63,743 nt of DNA, filler included, from Octopus bimaculoides (GCF_001194135.2; 5 parts of 5 records of this genome joined end to end with filler, not necessarily neighbours in it), one strand, 5' to 3'; positions 11,388 through 23,446 are shown, counted from the whole stretch's first letter. Program-made: numbers and translations. Notes: generated by a model not told the origin, from the sequence alone.

Positions 11388-12151
11388 TTATTGAACTACG
11401 ATTAAACTATGACCTTTTAATACCAATGATCAACTTCTCCTTGTTGCTTGTTGCTCCATTTCTTTTCTTTTCTGAATATATTAAGCCATAGTTTCACCAT
11501 TTAAATTGCCAACTACTATAAACCTTATAGCTAGGCCTACATATAGTGAGGTAATACACCAGTAGTGCCTACGGATACATTTATCCCTTAGACAGTTGCA
11601 TAACCTCTAACTCATAATTTTTTATAAATATATTTTTACACATACATATATGTATAAAATATGTAATCTACACAGAGACACATACATACGAAAACACGTA
11701 TCAGAATATATATGTACATACATATATGTATATGCATATATATATANNNNNNNNNNNNNNNNNNNNNNNNNNNNNNNNNNNNNNNNNNNNNNNNNNNNNN
11801 NNNNNNNNNNNNNNNNNNNNNNNNNNNNNNNNNNNNNNNNNNNNNNNNNNNNNNNNNNNNNNNNNNNNNNNNNNNNNNNNNNNNNNNNNNNNNNNNNNNN
11901 NNNNNNNNNNNNNNNNNNNNNNNNNNNNNNNNNNNNNNNNNNNNNNNNNNNNNNNNNNNNNNNNNNNNNNNNNNNNNNNNNNNNNNNNNNNNNNNNNNNN
12001 NNNNNNNNNNNNNNNNNNNNNNNNNNNNNNNNNNNNNNNNNNNNNNNNNNNNNNNNNNNNNNNNNNNNNNNNNNNNNNNNNNNNNNNNNNNNNNNTATAT
12101 AGATATGAATTTAATGAATGGAGTGAACGCATGTTATAACTGCATACTTTA

Positions 12152-12235
12152 TTCCGACATATGTTTCGAAAAATTACAATTTATGCGATCCAAAGGAATC
12201 GTCGATGTTAAAAATGTAAACTTCTCCTCAGGGAA
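12152..12235 (-). ncRNA. Type I hammerhead ribozyme with an intact core and extended helix II
   Basis: Minus strand: ttcc-CTGAGGA-gaagtttaca...tgtaatttttc-GAAA-c-ATAT-g-TC-ggaa. All conserved core nucleotides are present and the cleavage triplet is GUC. Confidence 0.78.
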
Positions 12236-12305
12236 ATGAATGGGAACCATCTTAAACGTAAGACATTATGACCGAGTATATATATATATATATATATGAG
12301 TCTGT

Positions 12306-14699
12306 GTGTATGTCAGGGCCATTAGGGAAAAGAAACAGGCATGGAAGAACTGGAAGAATGGTGGTATCAGGGACTTGTATAAGATCGCCAGAAGGGAAGC
12401 AGATAAGAAAAAAATTGCCAATGTTATGCATCATGAGGATCAAAGACTTGAAGAGTTTCATGTTGCAAGACAGTGCATGAGAGAGAATCATGATGTCATA
12501 GGAGAGAAATGTGTCCGCATGGATGATGGCTCACTTGCATTTAATGAGGCTGCAAAGAGAGAGACTTGGAGACACCATTATGAAAGGTTGCTAAATGAAG
12601 AGAATGAATGAGAGAAAGATAGTCTGCCAAATGTCAACCCAACAGAGGGACCAGCTATTCAAATTGACAGTACCATGGTAGATAAAGGAATTAAGGATAT
12701 AAAGACAGGGAAAGCCCCTGGCCCTTCAGGAATCACTGAAGATATGCTTAAAATATCTGGCAGTGTTGGCTATAGCCTAGTCACCCGTATTACGAACCAG
12801 GTGATACATGAAGGAGTCATACCCAATGACTGGTGTAGTAGCACCATAGTCAACTGCTACAAAGGTAAAGGTGACGCTTTAGATACAAATAATTACAGAG
12901 GTATCAAGCTGTTAGATCAGGTAATGAAGGTCAAGGAGAGGGTCATAGCCCAACTAATTAGGGAGAGAGTCAGTTTAGATGAGATGTAGTTTGGGTTCGT
13001 GCCAGGTAGAAGCACCACTGATGCTATATTTCTGGTAAGACAGCTGCAGGAGAAATACCTAGCCAAAGATAAACCTCTGAACTTGGAGATAGCCTTTGAA
13101 AGGGTTCCCTGATCCCTTATCTGGTGGTCAATGTGGAAACTAGGGATAGATGAGTGGTTAGTGAGAGCTGTGCAAGCCGTGTACAGGGATGCTGTCAGTA
13201 AGGTGAGGGTTAGCAACGAGTATAGTGAAGAATTCTGGGTAGGGGTAGGGGTCCACCAAAGATCAGTCCTCAACCCCCTCTTATTCGTCATAGTCCTCCA
13301 GGCAATAGCAGAGGAATTCAAGATGCTGATGACCTTGCTCTAATAGCTGAGTCACTACCAGATCTAGAGGAGAGTTTCAGGTGTGGAAGCAAGGTCCAGG
13401 ATCAAAGGGCCTTAGAATCAATCTTGCAAAACCCAAACTCTTAGTAAGTAGGAGGGCAGACAAATCACAAATCCTGGCCCCGCTTGATCTGTAGAAAACT
13501 CCATAGGTAGAAACTCTATCAGATGTACCTTGTGTAAGCTATGGACACATAAGAGGTGCAGCAATATCAAAGGAAGGCTAACTGGGAAGATAGTTTTTGT
13601 GTGAGACAATTGCACAGGGGCAGTAAACACTGAAAATGTGCAGAAAACAGCTTCTGTCACATTCCAGGGGAAAAAAACTAGAAGTAGTTGATAGCTTCCA
13701 TTACCCAGTTGACCAAGTCAGTAGCGGGGATGGATGCTCTGAGAGAATAGTGGCTAGAATAAGAATAACCTGGGCAAAGTTCAGAGAGCTCCTACCTCTG
13801 CTGGTAACAAAGGGCCTCTCACTCAGAGTAGAAGGCAGACTGTATGACGCATGTGTACGAACAGCCATGCTACATGGCAGTGAAACATGGGCTGTGACTG
13901 CTGAGGACATGCATAGGCTTGAAAGAAATGAAGCTAGTCTGCTCTGCTGGATGTGTAATGTCAATGTGCGTACACGAGAGAGTGTAAGCACCCTGAGAGA
14001 AAAGTTGGACATAAGAAGCATCAGATGTGGTGTGCAAGAGAGACGACTGCACTGGTATGGTCATGAGTTGTGTATGGATGAGGACAGCTGTATGAAAATG
14101 TGTCACACTCTAACAGTGGAGGGAACCTGTGGAAGAGGCAGACCCAGGAAAATCTGGGATGAGGTGAGGAAGCATGACCTTCAAATGTTGGGCTGCACAG
14201 AGGCAAGGCAAATGACTGAGACCTTTGGGGATATGCTGTGATTGAGAAGATCCGGCAAGCCAAATTAAATCGTAATCAGGACCGATGCCAATGTTGCATA
14301 ACTGGCTCAAAGACCTGTTGAATCAAGTGGAATCATTGTCATGGCCAATGATAGTACCACCTGATTGGTACCTATGCTGGTGGCATGTAAAAAGCACCAT
14401 TTGAGTGTGGTTTATGCCACTGCCGCCTGACTGGTCCTGTGCCAGTGGCACATAAAAAGAACAATTCAAGCGTGGTTGATGTCAGTACCAGCTGGCTGGC
14501 TCTCGTGTCAGTGGCACGTAAAAAGCACCCACTACATTCTTGGGGTGGTTGGCATTAGGAAGGGCATCCAGCTGTAGAAGCTTTGCTGGATCATACTGGA
14601 GCCTGGTGCAATCTTCTGGCTTGCCAGCCCTCAGTCAAACTGTCTAACCCATGCCAGCATGGAAAGCGGACATTAAAAGACGATGATAATGATGATGAT
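12306..14699 (+). mobile_element. RTE-clade LINE, 5'-truncated, with disrupted RT ORF
   Basis: PGPSGI, CYKGKGDALDTNNYRGIKLL, FGFVPGRSTTDAIF, GVHQRSVLNPLLF, ADDL, LHGSETW, RGRPRKIW; stops and frameshifts; 3' UTR with tandem repeats and a (GAT)n tail; sits in (TA)n. Confidence 0.96.
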
Positions 14700-14759
14700 A
14701 TATATATATATGTGTGTATATGTATATATATATAATTATATATATATATATATAACTGT

Positions 14760-15056
14760 ATCTCTGATCAACCAGAGTATCAGATGTTATACACTGCTGG
14801 TCACAGTGCCTTTCTTCACATTGTTTTAGCTTTCAAATAATGCAACTCTGTTGGTTAGGCAGGCAGGCCAACATTGCCCACTGGAAAAGAATGCCGGTCT
14901 GTCACAGGGTTGCCCATTTTATAGGTGAGTGGACTGGAGAAATGTGAAATGAATTGTTTAGTTCAAGAACACAATGCACTGCCAGTCTGGGAATAGAAAC
15001 CACAATCTTGTCATTCTCAGTGAAATACCATAACCATTAGGCTACATGCCTTCACC
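14760..15056 (-). mobile_element. tRNA-derived SINE (family-C-like head and core, distinct tail)
   Basis: Minus strand: gaaggcatgtagcctaatggttatgg...gtggtttctattcccagac...gttcttgaactaaacaattcatttcacatttctccagtccactcacc. Confidence 0.7.
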
Positions 15057-15446
15057 ACACACACACACACACACATGCTGTGTGTGTGTGTGTATATATA
15101 TNNNNNNNNNNNNNNNNNNNNNNNNNNNNNNNNNNNNNNNNNNNNNNNNNNNNNNNNNNNNNNNNNNNNNNNNNNNNNNNNNNNNNNNNNNNNNNNNNNN
15201 NNNNNNNNNNNNNNNNNNNNNNNNNNNNNNNNNNNNNNNNNNNNNNNNNNNNNNNNNNNNNNNNNNNNNNNNNNNNNNNNNNNNNNNNNNNNNNNNNNNN
15301 NNNNNNNNNNNNNNNNNNNNNNNNNNNNNNNNNNNNNNNNNNNNNNNNNNNNNNNNNNNNNNNNNNNNCCTTGGGCTGACCAAAGCCTTGTGAGTGGATT
15401 TGGTAGACAGAAACTGAAAGAAACCCATCATATATATATATGTATA

Positions 15447-15482
<36 letters not shown>

Positions 15483-15492
15483 TGTGTGAGTA

Positions 15493-15535
<43 letters not shown>

Positions 15536-15855
15536 TTGTGTGTCTGTATTTGTCCCCCCCAGCATCGCTTGACAACCGATGCTGGTGTGTTTACGTCCCT
15601 GTAACCTAGTGGTTCAAGAAAAGAGACCAATAGAATAAGTACTAGGCTCACAAAGAATAAGATTTACTTGTCTAAAAGGCGGTGCTCCAGCATGGCTGCA
15701 GTCAAATGACTGAAACAAGTAAAAGAAAGAAAACAATATACATATATATGTATATGTATGTATATATATATGTGTATATATGGGAGAATATACGAAAAAA
15801 CAACAACAGATGAGGACAGGTGGTGTAAATAACAAAAGGATGTATTAGTGTGTGT

Positions 15856-15888
<33 letters not shown>

Positions 15889-16564
15889 NNNNNNNNNNNN
15901 NNNNNNNNNNNNNNNNNNNNNNNNNNNNNNNNNNNNNNNNNNNNNNNNNNNNNNNNNNNNNNNNNNNNNNNNNNNNNNNNNNNNNNNNNNNNNNNNNNNN
16001 NNNNNNNNNNNNNNNNNNNNNNNNNNNNNNNNNNNNNNNNNNNNNNNNNNNNNNNNNNNNNNNNNNNNNNNNNNNNNNNNNNNNNNNNNNNNNNNNNNNN
16101 NNNNNNNNNNNNNNNNNNNNNNNNNNNNNNNNNNNNNNNNNNNNNNNNNNNNNNNNNNNNNNNNNNNNNNNNNNNNNNNNNNNNNNNNNNNNNNNNNNNN
16201 NNNNNNNNNNNNNNNNNNNNNNNNNNNNNNNNNNNNNNNNNNNNNNNNNNNNNNNATCAGGATGCAATTTGCAGTGGTGAACCCACAGCAAGTTTACACG
16301 ATGAAAAAAAAAAAATACACGAAATGATAAGATGAAATAGAATTCATATGAAACAAGCTAAAGCAAGAAAAATGACTGAAATTATTTGGAGAGAACCGGA
16401 CGATGATTCATACCGTTGATGGTCTTAAGAGATAAACTTGTTTTATCAACAATGACCTTTTTTTAACCTGTGCTACGGGCTTCACTCAAAAGCTATTAAG
16501 GAGAAGTTACTGAACCAAAAAAAAAAAAAAAAAGAGAAAAAGGCTTTATCACTTTTAGCATTCA

Positions 16565-16788
16565 TCTGCTGGTGGTATGCTGGTCGTATTGCTAGCACAT
16601 CAAGCAAAATGCTTAGTAGCATTTCAGCCATCTACACATTCTGATTTCAAATTCTACTGTGGTCAGCTTTACTTTTCATACTTTCTGGATCGATAAAGTA
16701 ACAACCAGTTGAATACTGGAATTGGTGTAATCAACTTAACCTCTTTCTTGAAATTGCTGGCCTTGTACTAAAATTTGAAACCATTATT
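16565..16788 (+). mobile_element. SINE family D, near full length, (TTA) tail
   Basis: gctggtcgtattgctagcac...attctgatttcaaattc...aaatttgaaaccattatta; a partial copy follows at 17178-17308. Confidence 0.75.
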
Positions 16789-17158
16789 ACCTCTGCTTTA
16801 GCGAAGGCGGAAGTATTGTTTTCAGTCGTATTTGTTTGTTTGTTTGTCCATCCGTGGACATGATATCTCAAGAATCACTGGATGGATTTGGATGAAACTT
16901 TCAGGGATGTTTGGCCTCGTGATTGGTACAAACTGGTTAGATTTTGAGATTAATCCAGTACTGGACAAGGATTCTGGATTATTTTTCCTGTTTTTTTTAC
17001 TTAATTTTTGAGAGTGGTCAGGTTCATTTTTAGTATTCTTGTTTGTGAGAGCAGTCGAGTTTATTTCAGATATTCTCATTTTAAAAATCATTTCTGGCTA
17101 ATTGTTGAGAGGACATTGGTGTTGCCTTGGCAGAGGTTTCCGCTCTCTGAGTGCTCTC
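16786..17158 (+). mobile_element. Non-autonomous Helentron/HINE-like element
   Basis: 5' attacctctgc followed by a short hairpin and (GTTT)n; 3' subterminal ccttggcagaggt (inverse of acctctgc) then hairpin cgctctctgagtg; inserted in a TTA run with no TSD. Confidence 0.65.
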
Positions 17159-17308
17159 ATTATTATTATTATTATTATTTGCCTTTCGTCCTTTCAGGGG
17201 CTGGGGTCAATAAAATAAGTACCAGTAAAGCACTGTGGTCGATATAATCAATTTACCCCCTCCCCTGAAATTGCTAGTTTTGTATCAAAATTTGAAACCA
17301 TTATTATT

Positions 17309-17880
17309 GGGTGAGAGAGCAGTGCATGCCATCAAAATGACACTGGAGTAAAATATATGAAACCCATTTTACCCATCATGACTCCCTGTCTGATAAGGGT
17401 ACACCAGGTACATGCATCACAACCATATGTACGCGACATGGTGATCTCATATCAAGATAAACAGTGTTTGACTTTGCAGGTGGGGCCCAGTTAGAATTTT
17501 CCTCAGGTTGAGTAGCCCATCCAGCTCAAAAGGTCTCAAAATAAGGGTGGCTTAAGGATGTTGAATCAAACAGCCATGTTTTCAAAGGTGAATTATTCAA
17601 ACCCCAAAGAATTCCTCTCAACACATGGCTATGATGCTCCCCCACTACTTCTGCTCATGATCAGAGATGCACATATCATCAGCCACCAAGGGACATGCTC
17701 AACTGGTTAAGGTCAAACAACTGACAAGCAAATCTGTGGTATTAAGCAGTATATTTGCTGTAGCCCATCTTTTTATACCAAGACAAAACAATGTACATGA
17801 TAACACTTCCAATCAATTAAGATCAGAAGACATGAGAGCCACTGTCTGGTACTGCATCATCATCATCATCATCAGACATA
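17309..17880 (+). mobile_element. Dispersed non-autonomous retroposon-like repeat ending in (CAT)n/(CAC)n
   Basis: Recognised from memory as a common octopus repeat; ends actgtctggtactgcatcatcatc. Class not confirmed. Confidence 0.45.
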
Positions 17881-17926
17881 CATCATCATCATCATCATCA
17901 TCATCACCACCACCACCACCACCACC

Positions 17927-17960
<34 letters not shown>

Positions 17961-19077
17961 TCACCTTCATCATCATCATCATCACCACCACCACCACNNN
18001 NNNNNNNNNNNNNNNNNNNNNNNNNNNNNNNNNNNNNNNNNNNNNNNNNNNNNNNNNNNNNNNNNNNNNNNNNNNNNNNNNNNNNNNNNNNNNNNNNNNN
18101 NNNNNNNNNNNNNNNNNNNNNNNNNNNNNNNNNNNNNNNNNNNNNNNNNNNNNNNNNNNNNNNNNNNNNNNNNNNNNNNNNNNNNNNNNNNNNNNNNNNN
18201 NNNNNNNNNNNNNNNNNNNNNNNNNNNNNNNNNNNNNNNNNNNNNNNNNNNNNNNNNNNNNNNNNNNNNNNNNNNNNNNNNNNNNNNNNNNNNNNNNNNN
18301 NNNNNNNNNNNNNNNNNNNNNNNNNNNNNNNNNNNNNNNNNNNNNNNNNNNNNNNNNNNNNNNNNNNNNNNNNNNNNNNNNNNNNNNNNNNNNNNNNNNN
18401 NNNNNNNNNNNNNNNNNNNNNNNNNNNNNNNNNNNNNNNNNNNNNNNNNNNNNNNNNNNNNNNNNNNNNNNNNNNNNNNNNNNNNNNNNNNNNNNNNNNN
18501 NNNNNNNNNNNNNNNNNNNNNNNNNNNNNNNNNNNNNNNNNNNNNNNNNNNNNNNNNNNNNNNNNNNNNNNNNNNNNNNNNNNNNNNNNNNNNNNNNNNN
18601 NNNNNNNNNNNNNNNNNNNNNNNNNNNNNNNNNNNNNNNNNNNNNNNNNNNNNNNNNNNNNNNNNNNNNNNNNNNNNNNNNNNNNNNNNNNNNNNNNNNN
18701 NNNNNNNNNNNNNNNNNNNNNNNNNNNNNNNNNNNNNNNNNNNNNNNNNNNNNNNNNNNNNNNNNNNNNNNNNNNNNNNNNNNNNNNNNNNNNNNNNNNN
18801 NNNNNNNNNNNNNNNNNNNNNNNNNNNNNNNNNNNNNNNNNNNNNNNNNNNNNNNNNNNNNNNNNNNNNNNNNNNNNNNNNNGACTTTATTTCAGTGCTA
18901 AGAAAAATTGTTAATTTTGGACCCAAAATGAAAAGCATCCCAAATAAAAGAAGATTGATCTTTTGGCTACAGGAAAACTGTCAAGCCACAAACAAATCCT
19001 TAGGGCAGGTTGTTTGGTAAGAAGTTGTGGAACCCTCCTTAGTCTTTTACTACAGGAGAATCCACCATATCTATCTA

Positions 19078-19154
<77 letters not shown>

Positions 19155-19155
<1 letters not shown>

Positions 19156-19497
19156 GAGCACATGGCTCAGTGGTTAGAGTGTCAGGCTCACAATCATGAG
19201 ATAGCAGGTTTGATTCCTGGACTGGGCTGTGTGTTGTGTTCTTGAGCAAGACCACAACATTTCACGTTGTTCCAGTTCACTCAGCTGTAGAAATGAGTTG
19301 TGATGTCATTGGTGCCAAGCTGCATTGGTCTTTGCATTTCCCTTGGATAACATCAGTGGTGTGGAGAGGGGGAGGCTGGTATACATGGGCGACTGATGGT
19401 CTTCCATACACAACCTTACCCAAAATTGTGCTTCAGAGGGAAACTTTCTAGGTGCAATACCATGGTCAATTATGACTGAAGGGGGGGGGGGTCTTTA
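19155..19497 (+). mobile_element. tRNA-derived SINE family C, full length
   Basis: gagcacatggctcagtggttagagtgtcagg (A box) and ggtttgattcc (B box). A homologue lies at 32120-32447 and a head variant at 52665-52850. Confidence 0.88.
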
Positions 19498-19562
19498 ATC
19501 CATCCAGCCAGCCAGCCANNNNNNNNNNNNNNNNNNNNNNNNNNNNNNNNNNNNNNNNNNNN

Positions 19563-19574
19563 TTAATTAATTAA
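19563..19574. other. Assembly spacer TTAATTAATTAA inside a 100-nt N gap (also 39616, 54503, 60256)
   Basis: Identical N44-TTAATTAATTAA-N44 layout at 19519-19618; the same 12-mer is embedded in Ns at four sites. Confidence 0.95.
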
Positions 19575-19618
19575 NNNNNNNNNNNNNNNNNNNNNNNNNN
19601 NNNNNNNNNNNNNNNNNN

Positions 19619-19661
<43 letters not shown>

Positions 19662-19689
19662 TACACACTCACTCACACACTTAATCGAA

Positions 19690-20300
19690 ACAGTAAATAG
19701 TTAAATTATAGAATACAACCGTTCTTTAAATGTTCCAGTTATTGAATATTGCCATCCTTTCAAACTCTCTCTGTACCTCATAGATTCTAAAATATTTCAG
19801 TTTCTGCCGTCTACAAGAAATTCAGAAATATCCATTCTACAAAACAGCCTCGGTAAGAACTGTAATAACTATTCAATGGAAGTTGGAATTTTTCTGTTCA
19901 AACATAATTTCGTCAAGCAAGCCTTGATCGTTGGATGGGGGTGGGGGCAGTGAATAAACTTTAAATTCCTTCTTTTATACCGTTAACGAGTTCCTTTAAC
20001 GCACAAAGTACCTCAATAACGCTGTTTGATTTTTTTTTTCATTCAATTTATATAATCCTACTGCTTTTAAAAGGTATTGAAAACTGAGGACAAAGAATAA
20101 GTAAGCTACGTTCAATGGATTATTGGGGGGAAAAAAATTAAGAGTTTTTGGAGAATTTTCCTTGGAATTAATGTAAGATTTCACAGTGTTTTGAATAAAT
20201 CGAGGATTCACTTTTCTGTATTCGCTAAAGAGATGCAACAAGTTTTGGCATGTGAGCAAACTGAAGAATATTGAAGTCCAACAAAATCGCAAAAATACTT
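19690..20300 (-). mobile_element. Possible decayed PLE RT fragment
   Basis: Minus strand PSNDQGLLDEI...VITVLTEAVL*NGYF resembles PLE IPHxxGL...LxxLVLxNNYF. Confidence 0.4.
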
Positions 20301-20329
20301 CGAATGTTCAGTTCAAACATCATGAATAT

Positions 20330-20762
20330 TGATTTTAAGTTTTGGCACAAGACTAGCAATTTGAGAGGAAGGAGTAAGTCGATTACATTAACTTCAGTGC
20401 TCAACAAGTACTTATTTTATCGACCCCGAGGAGATAAAAGGCAAAGTCGACCTCGGCGGAATTTGAACTCAGGACGTACAGAAGGACGCTGAGCATTTTG
20501 CCCGGCGTGCTAACGATTATGCCAGCTCACCACCTTAACAATTATACTGAATTCAAATTTCGGCACAGAACCAGCAATTTCGGGGGAGAGAGTAAGCCGA
20601 TTACATCAACTCCAATGTTCAACTAGTACTTATTTTATCGACTCCGAAAGGATGAAAGGCAAAGTCGACCTTGGCTAAGTTTGAACTCAGTAAGTGAAGA
20701 CGGACGAAATACCTCTAAGCATTTCGCTCGACGTGCTAACGATTCTGCTCGCTCGATGCCTT
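20330..20762 (-). mobile_element. Two tandem SINE family D copies
   Basis: The block gtcgattacat...cgaccccga...aaaggcaaagtcgacc...tttgaactcag...gtgctaacgatt occurs twice. Confidence 0.9.
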
Positions 20763-20859
20763 AATCATTATAAACATTAAAGTAAAGAAACAATTTCCTG
20801 ACAATTATGTCAACATCAGCTGAGAGAACCTCAGCTGTGATTGGATTAGAATTGTGCGA

Positions 20860-21600
20860 AATATAAGCGGGGCAGCCAGTCCTGTAGAATGCTTTGCTTC
20901 AATTTTGAAAACACATTCATACCTTTGCACAAACGTCCACCAAAACAAGTATTTGTGTTGTCTTCACCAAAAGGTGTATTGGTTTTCATATCAACTTTTA
21001 GCTCGGTAACAATTTCTCTGTAAAATCCCGTTATGATTTCTGGGCTGTCTGTTAGAAGCGATTTTACTCGTACAATAGCGTACGAGGTGGCAGTACGACT
21101 TCACTCGACGACGCCAGTCGGCAGACTGATGCCTGAGAGTCGCATCAAGCGGCTTCTAGCGGCAGAAACCTGAACTACAACGGGCTTGTCCCGCAGAGAA
21201 CGTTTCCAGTTACTCTCGTAATTTAGTAGTATATTATGAAACCTTGATATACCTGTGACCTACACAAAGAAAACGCATAACTGGCACACTGCGAAGCGGA
21301 TGTAGCAAAATTGCTGGTTGCATCACTCATGAAACATTCGCCCACAACATGCGAACCGTATCGGTTTAGTCTGTGAACGACGCATGAAACGAAGCAACAT
21401 AAGTCTATGTAACCACATTTGTCAGGAATAACCGAGTCAAACCGTGTTGTCGAGATGGACACATTGTGAGAAATTGCAGCATTTGGTTCAAAGTAGATTT
21501 TTATTTCATTGAATGTGTAATAATAGTTAAATTACGATAAAGTATTTGAAGACGGGAAGAAGAGATTTATTTCTTATAACAGAATTTTATTTCTATTGAT
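20860..21600 (-). mobile_element. Decayed PLE RT C-terminus/linker to endonuclease start, interrupted by a mariner mini-element
   Basis: IKIYFEPNAAISHNVSIS (IKFTxExE..ISFLDVxI-like), TYVASFHASF and SKAFYRTGCPAYI patches across frames. Confidence 0.45.
21083..21218 (-). mobile_element. 136-bp mariner-derived mini-element, TA-flanked
   Basis: TA|cgaggtgg...gtacgacttcactcgacgacgccagtcggcagactgatgcctgag...ttactctcg|TA; about 115 bp is homologous to 46728-46863. Confidence 0.8.
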
Positions 21601-21839
21601 GCTAATCTCGGTGAAAAAGGATGCTTTTAGAGAGAAAAAAGTAGCACAAAATGAAAAGAACAGTAAAGATAGGTTGAAAACGGAAATGTAAGGCATTCAC
21701 AGAGTAAGTTAAGACTAGAATTTGTGATTTATGGTTAGTTAAGATAGTTATTGATAAGTTTTCGAAAGCAGGTGAAATGATAACGATAAAATGTTACTTA
21801 AAAGTCCAAAAAGGCTTTATAGACGTCCCGGATTCGAAC

Positions 21840-22520
21840 GTTAAGCACTTCTGCAGCATCTCATTTAATCTATGTATCTATGGCGAAATGGACGAGGTTT
21901 TATGACATTTCAGATTTGGCTCAAAAAGGCATATCATGAGAAAGAATGTTCTAGATTTTATTTTCAATTACAAAAAAGGAATTTCTCCTAGAATTACAAA
22001 GGTGATGTCAATTTATAGATTTGATATATGGTGGCATTTGAGTGTAGGAGAGAATCGAGCAGGCGCAGTTCATCCAAATATGGAAGCTGTTGGCCAGTCG
22101 ACTTCATATTTGACATCCGAGCTGATTTCGATTCCCGATCTACCAATACTGTGGCTGCATCAACCTGTCGGCTACTCGGACATCAAAGGCTGCAGAAGAA
22201 TTGCCGCAGTTAAAGGCTTGTCTGATGTTGCTGAAAAGGGCTCAATGTAGTATTGGGCGAAGAAGAATCACCAATGGACCTAGTTATGGATCCCATTGGT
22301 TATTCACAGGAACAGAAGGAAGAAAAGAACTTCCCTTCGTCAGTCAGAGTGGTCTGGTGGGCCGAAGCACAGACCTGGGAACAAAAGAACGAATCAGATT
22401 CAAATCCCGCTGGAGACAGGATTTTGGAAAGCAGCAGGAGGAGACCTAGGAGTCACACCTGGGTGGGCTCGGCTCCCGTAGAGTGTCAACTATAAGGGCC
22501 GAAACGCTTGTCGGATGGGA
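21840..22520 (+). mobile_element. Decayed PLE 3' end (GIY-YIG region) with a hammerhead-like remnant
   Basis: FDIRADFDSRSTNTVAASTCRLLGHQ (FxIRxxFxCxSxNVVYxITC-like), terminal KGLN near 22240 and GAAAC-gctt-GTC at about 22501. Confidence 0.5.
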
Positions 22521-22639
22521 GTTATTCTTCTGAAGATTTCTCCTGTTGTGCGCTTGCCTTGCGGCGAGTTTCTATAATTTTTGCGTGTGAATTATGTAAT
22601 GTGTGCGCGCGAGTGTGTGTTTGTGTGTAAGTGGCCTAG

Positions 22640-23072
22640 ATCGTAATTTATTTCTTTATTGTCCACAGGGGGCTAAACACAGAGGGGCTAAACACAGAGG
22701 AGACAAACAAGGACAGACAAATGACTTAAGTCGATTACATCGATCCCAGTGCCTAACTGGTACTTCTTTAATCGACCCCGAAAGGATGAAAGGCAAGGTC
22801 GACCTCGGCGGAATTTGAACTCAGAATTAAATACCGACAAATGAAATACCGCTAATCGTTTCGCCCGGCGTGCTAACGATTCTGCCAGGTCGCCGCCATT
22901 TGGACATAGATAGTAATTTATTTCTTTATTGCACACGGGGGCGGGGGGGTAAACATAGAGGAGACAAACAAGGACAGACAAAGGGATTAAGTCGATTACA
23001 TCGCACCAGTGTGTAACTGGTACTTAATTTATCAACCCCGAAAGGATGAAAGGCAAAGTCGACCTCGGCGGA
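22640..23072 (-). mobile_element. Two tandem SINE family D copies (second lacks its 5' part)
   Basis: gagacaaacaaggacagacaaa...taagtcgattacatc...gtcgacctcggcgga occurs twice. Confidence 0.92.
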
Positions 23073-23446
23073 GTACTAGTCTCTGGTTAACTGAATTTAT
23101 AGCCTTGGCCTATTAAACCACGTGGTTGGTTGGCTAGCTGGCTGGCCGGTTGGCTGGTTGGCTGTCGGTCGGTCGGTCGGTTGGTCGGTTGGTGAGTAGC
23201 CAGTTGCACAAAGCGAACACTTATCTCTCTACACAAACATGGTTGTTATTATTTTAATCCGCTCTCCTTTAAAGATAATCCCCATCAGTCTATAGAACTA
23301 TTAACACTCCTCAATAATGCATGTACACGTGTTTAACAGTGTGTAACTATGTGTATCTATGGTGTGTTTGGGGGTACGCATGGAGTATTGAATGTATGTA
23401 TGTGTAAGGTTGAGTGACGTGGGTTGGTTAAGTAGCTTTAGGTACG

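Noticed and set aside
17667-18914. Long ORF-track entries (this one, and those over 44232-46447, 56496-57871, 60256-62802 and similar)
   Set aside because: Artefacts of N runs and dinucleotide or trinucleotide repeats (HT, CV, YI, X polymers).
19784-19852. 69-nt phase 1-1 exon candidate on the plus strand
   Set aside because: Antisense to PLE RT-like patches; no linked exons.
20923-21048. Symmetric 126-nt minus-strand exon candidate (DSPEIITGFYREIV...CFGGRLCKG) with a good AAG|GTATGA donor
   Set aside because: It lies within sequence whose other frames resemble a decayed PLE, and no partner exons were found. The CFGGR likeness to natriuretic peptides is too short to mean anything.
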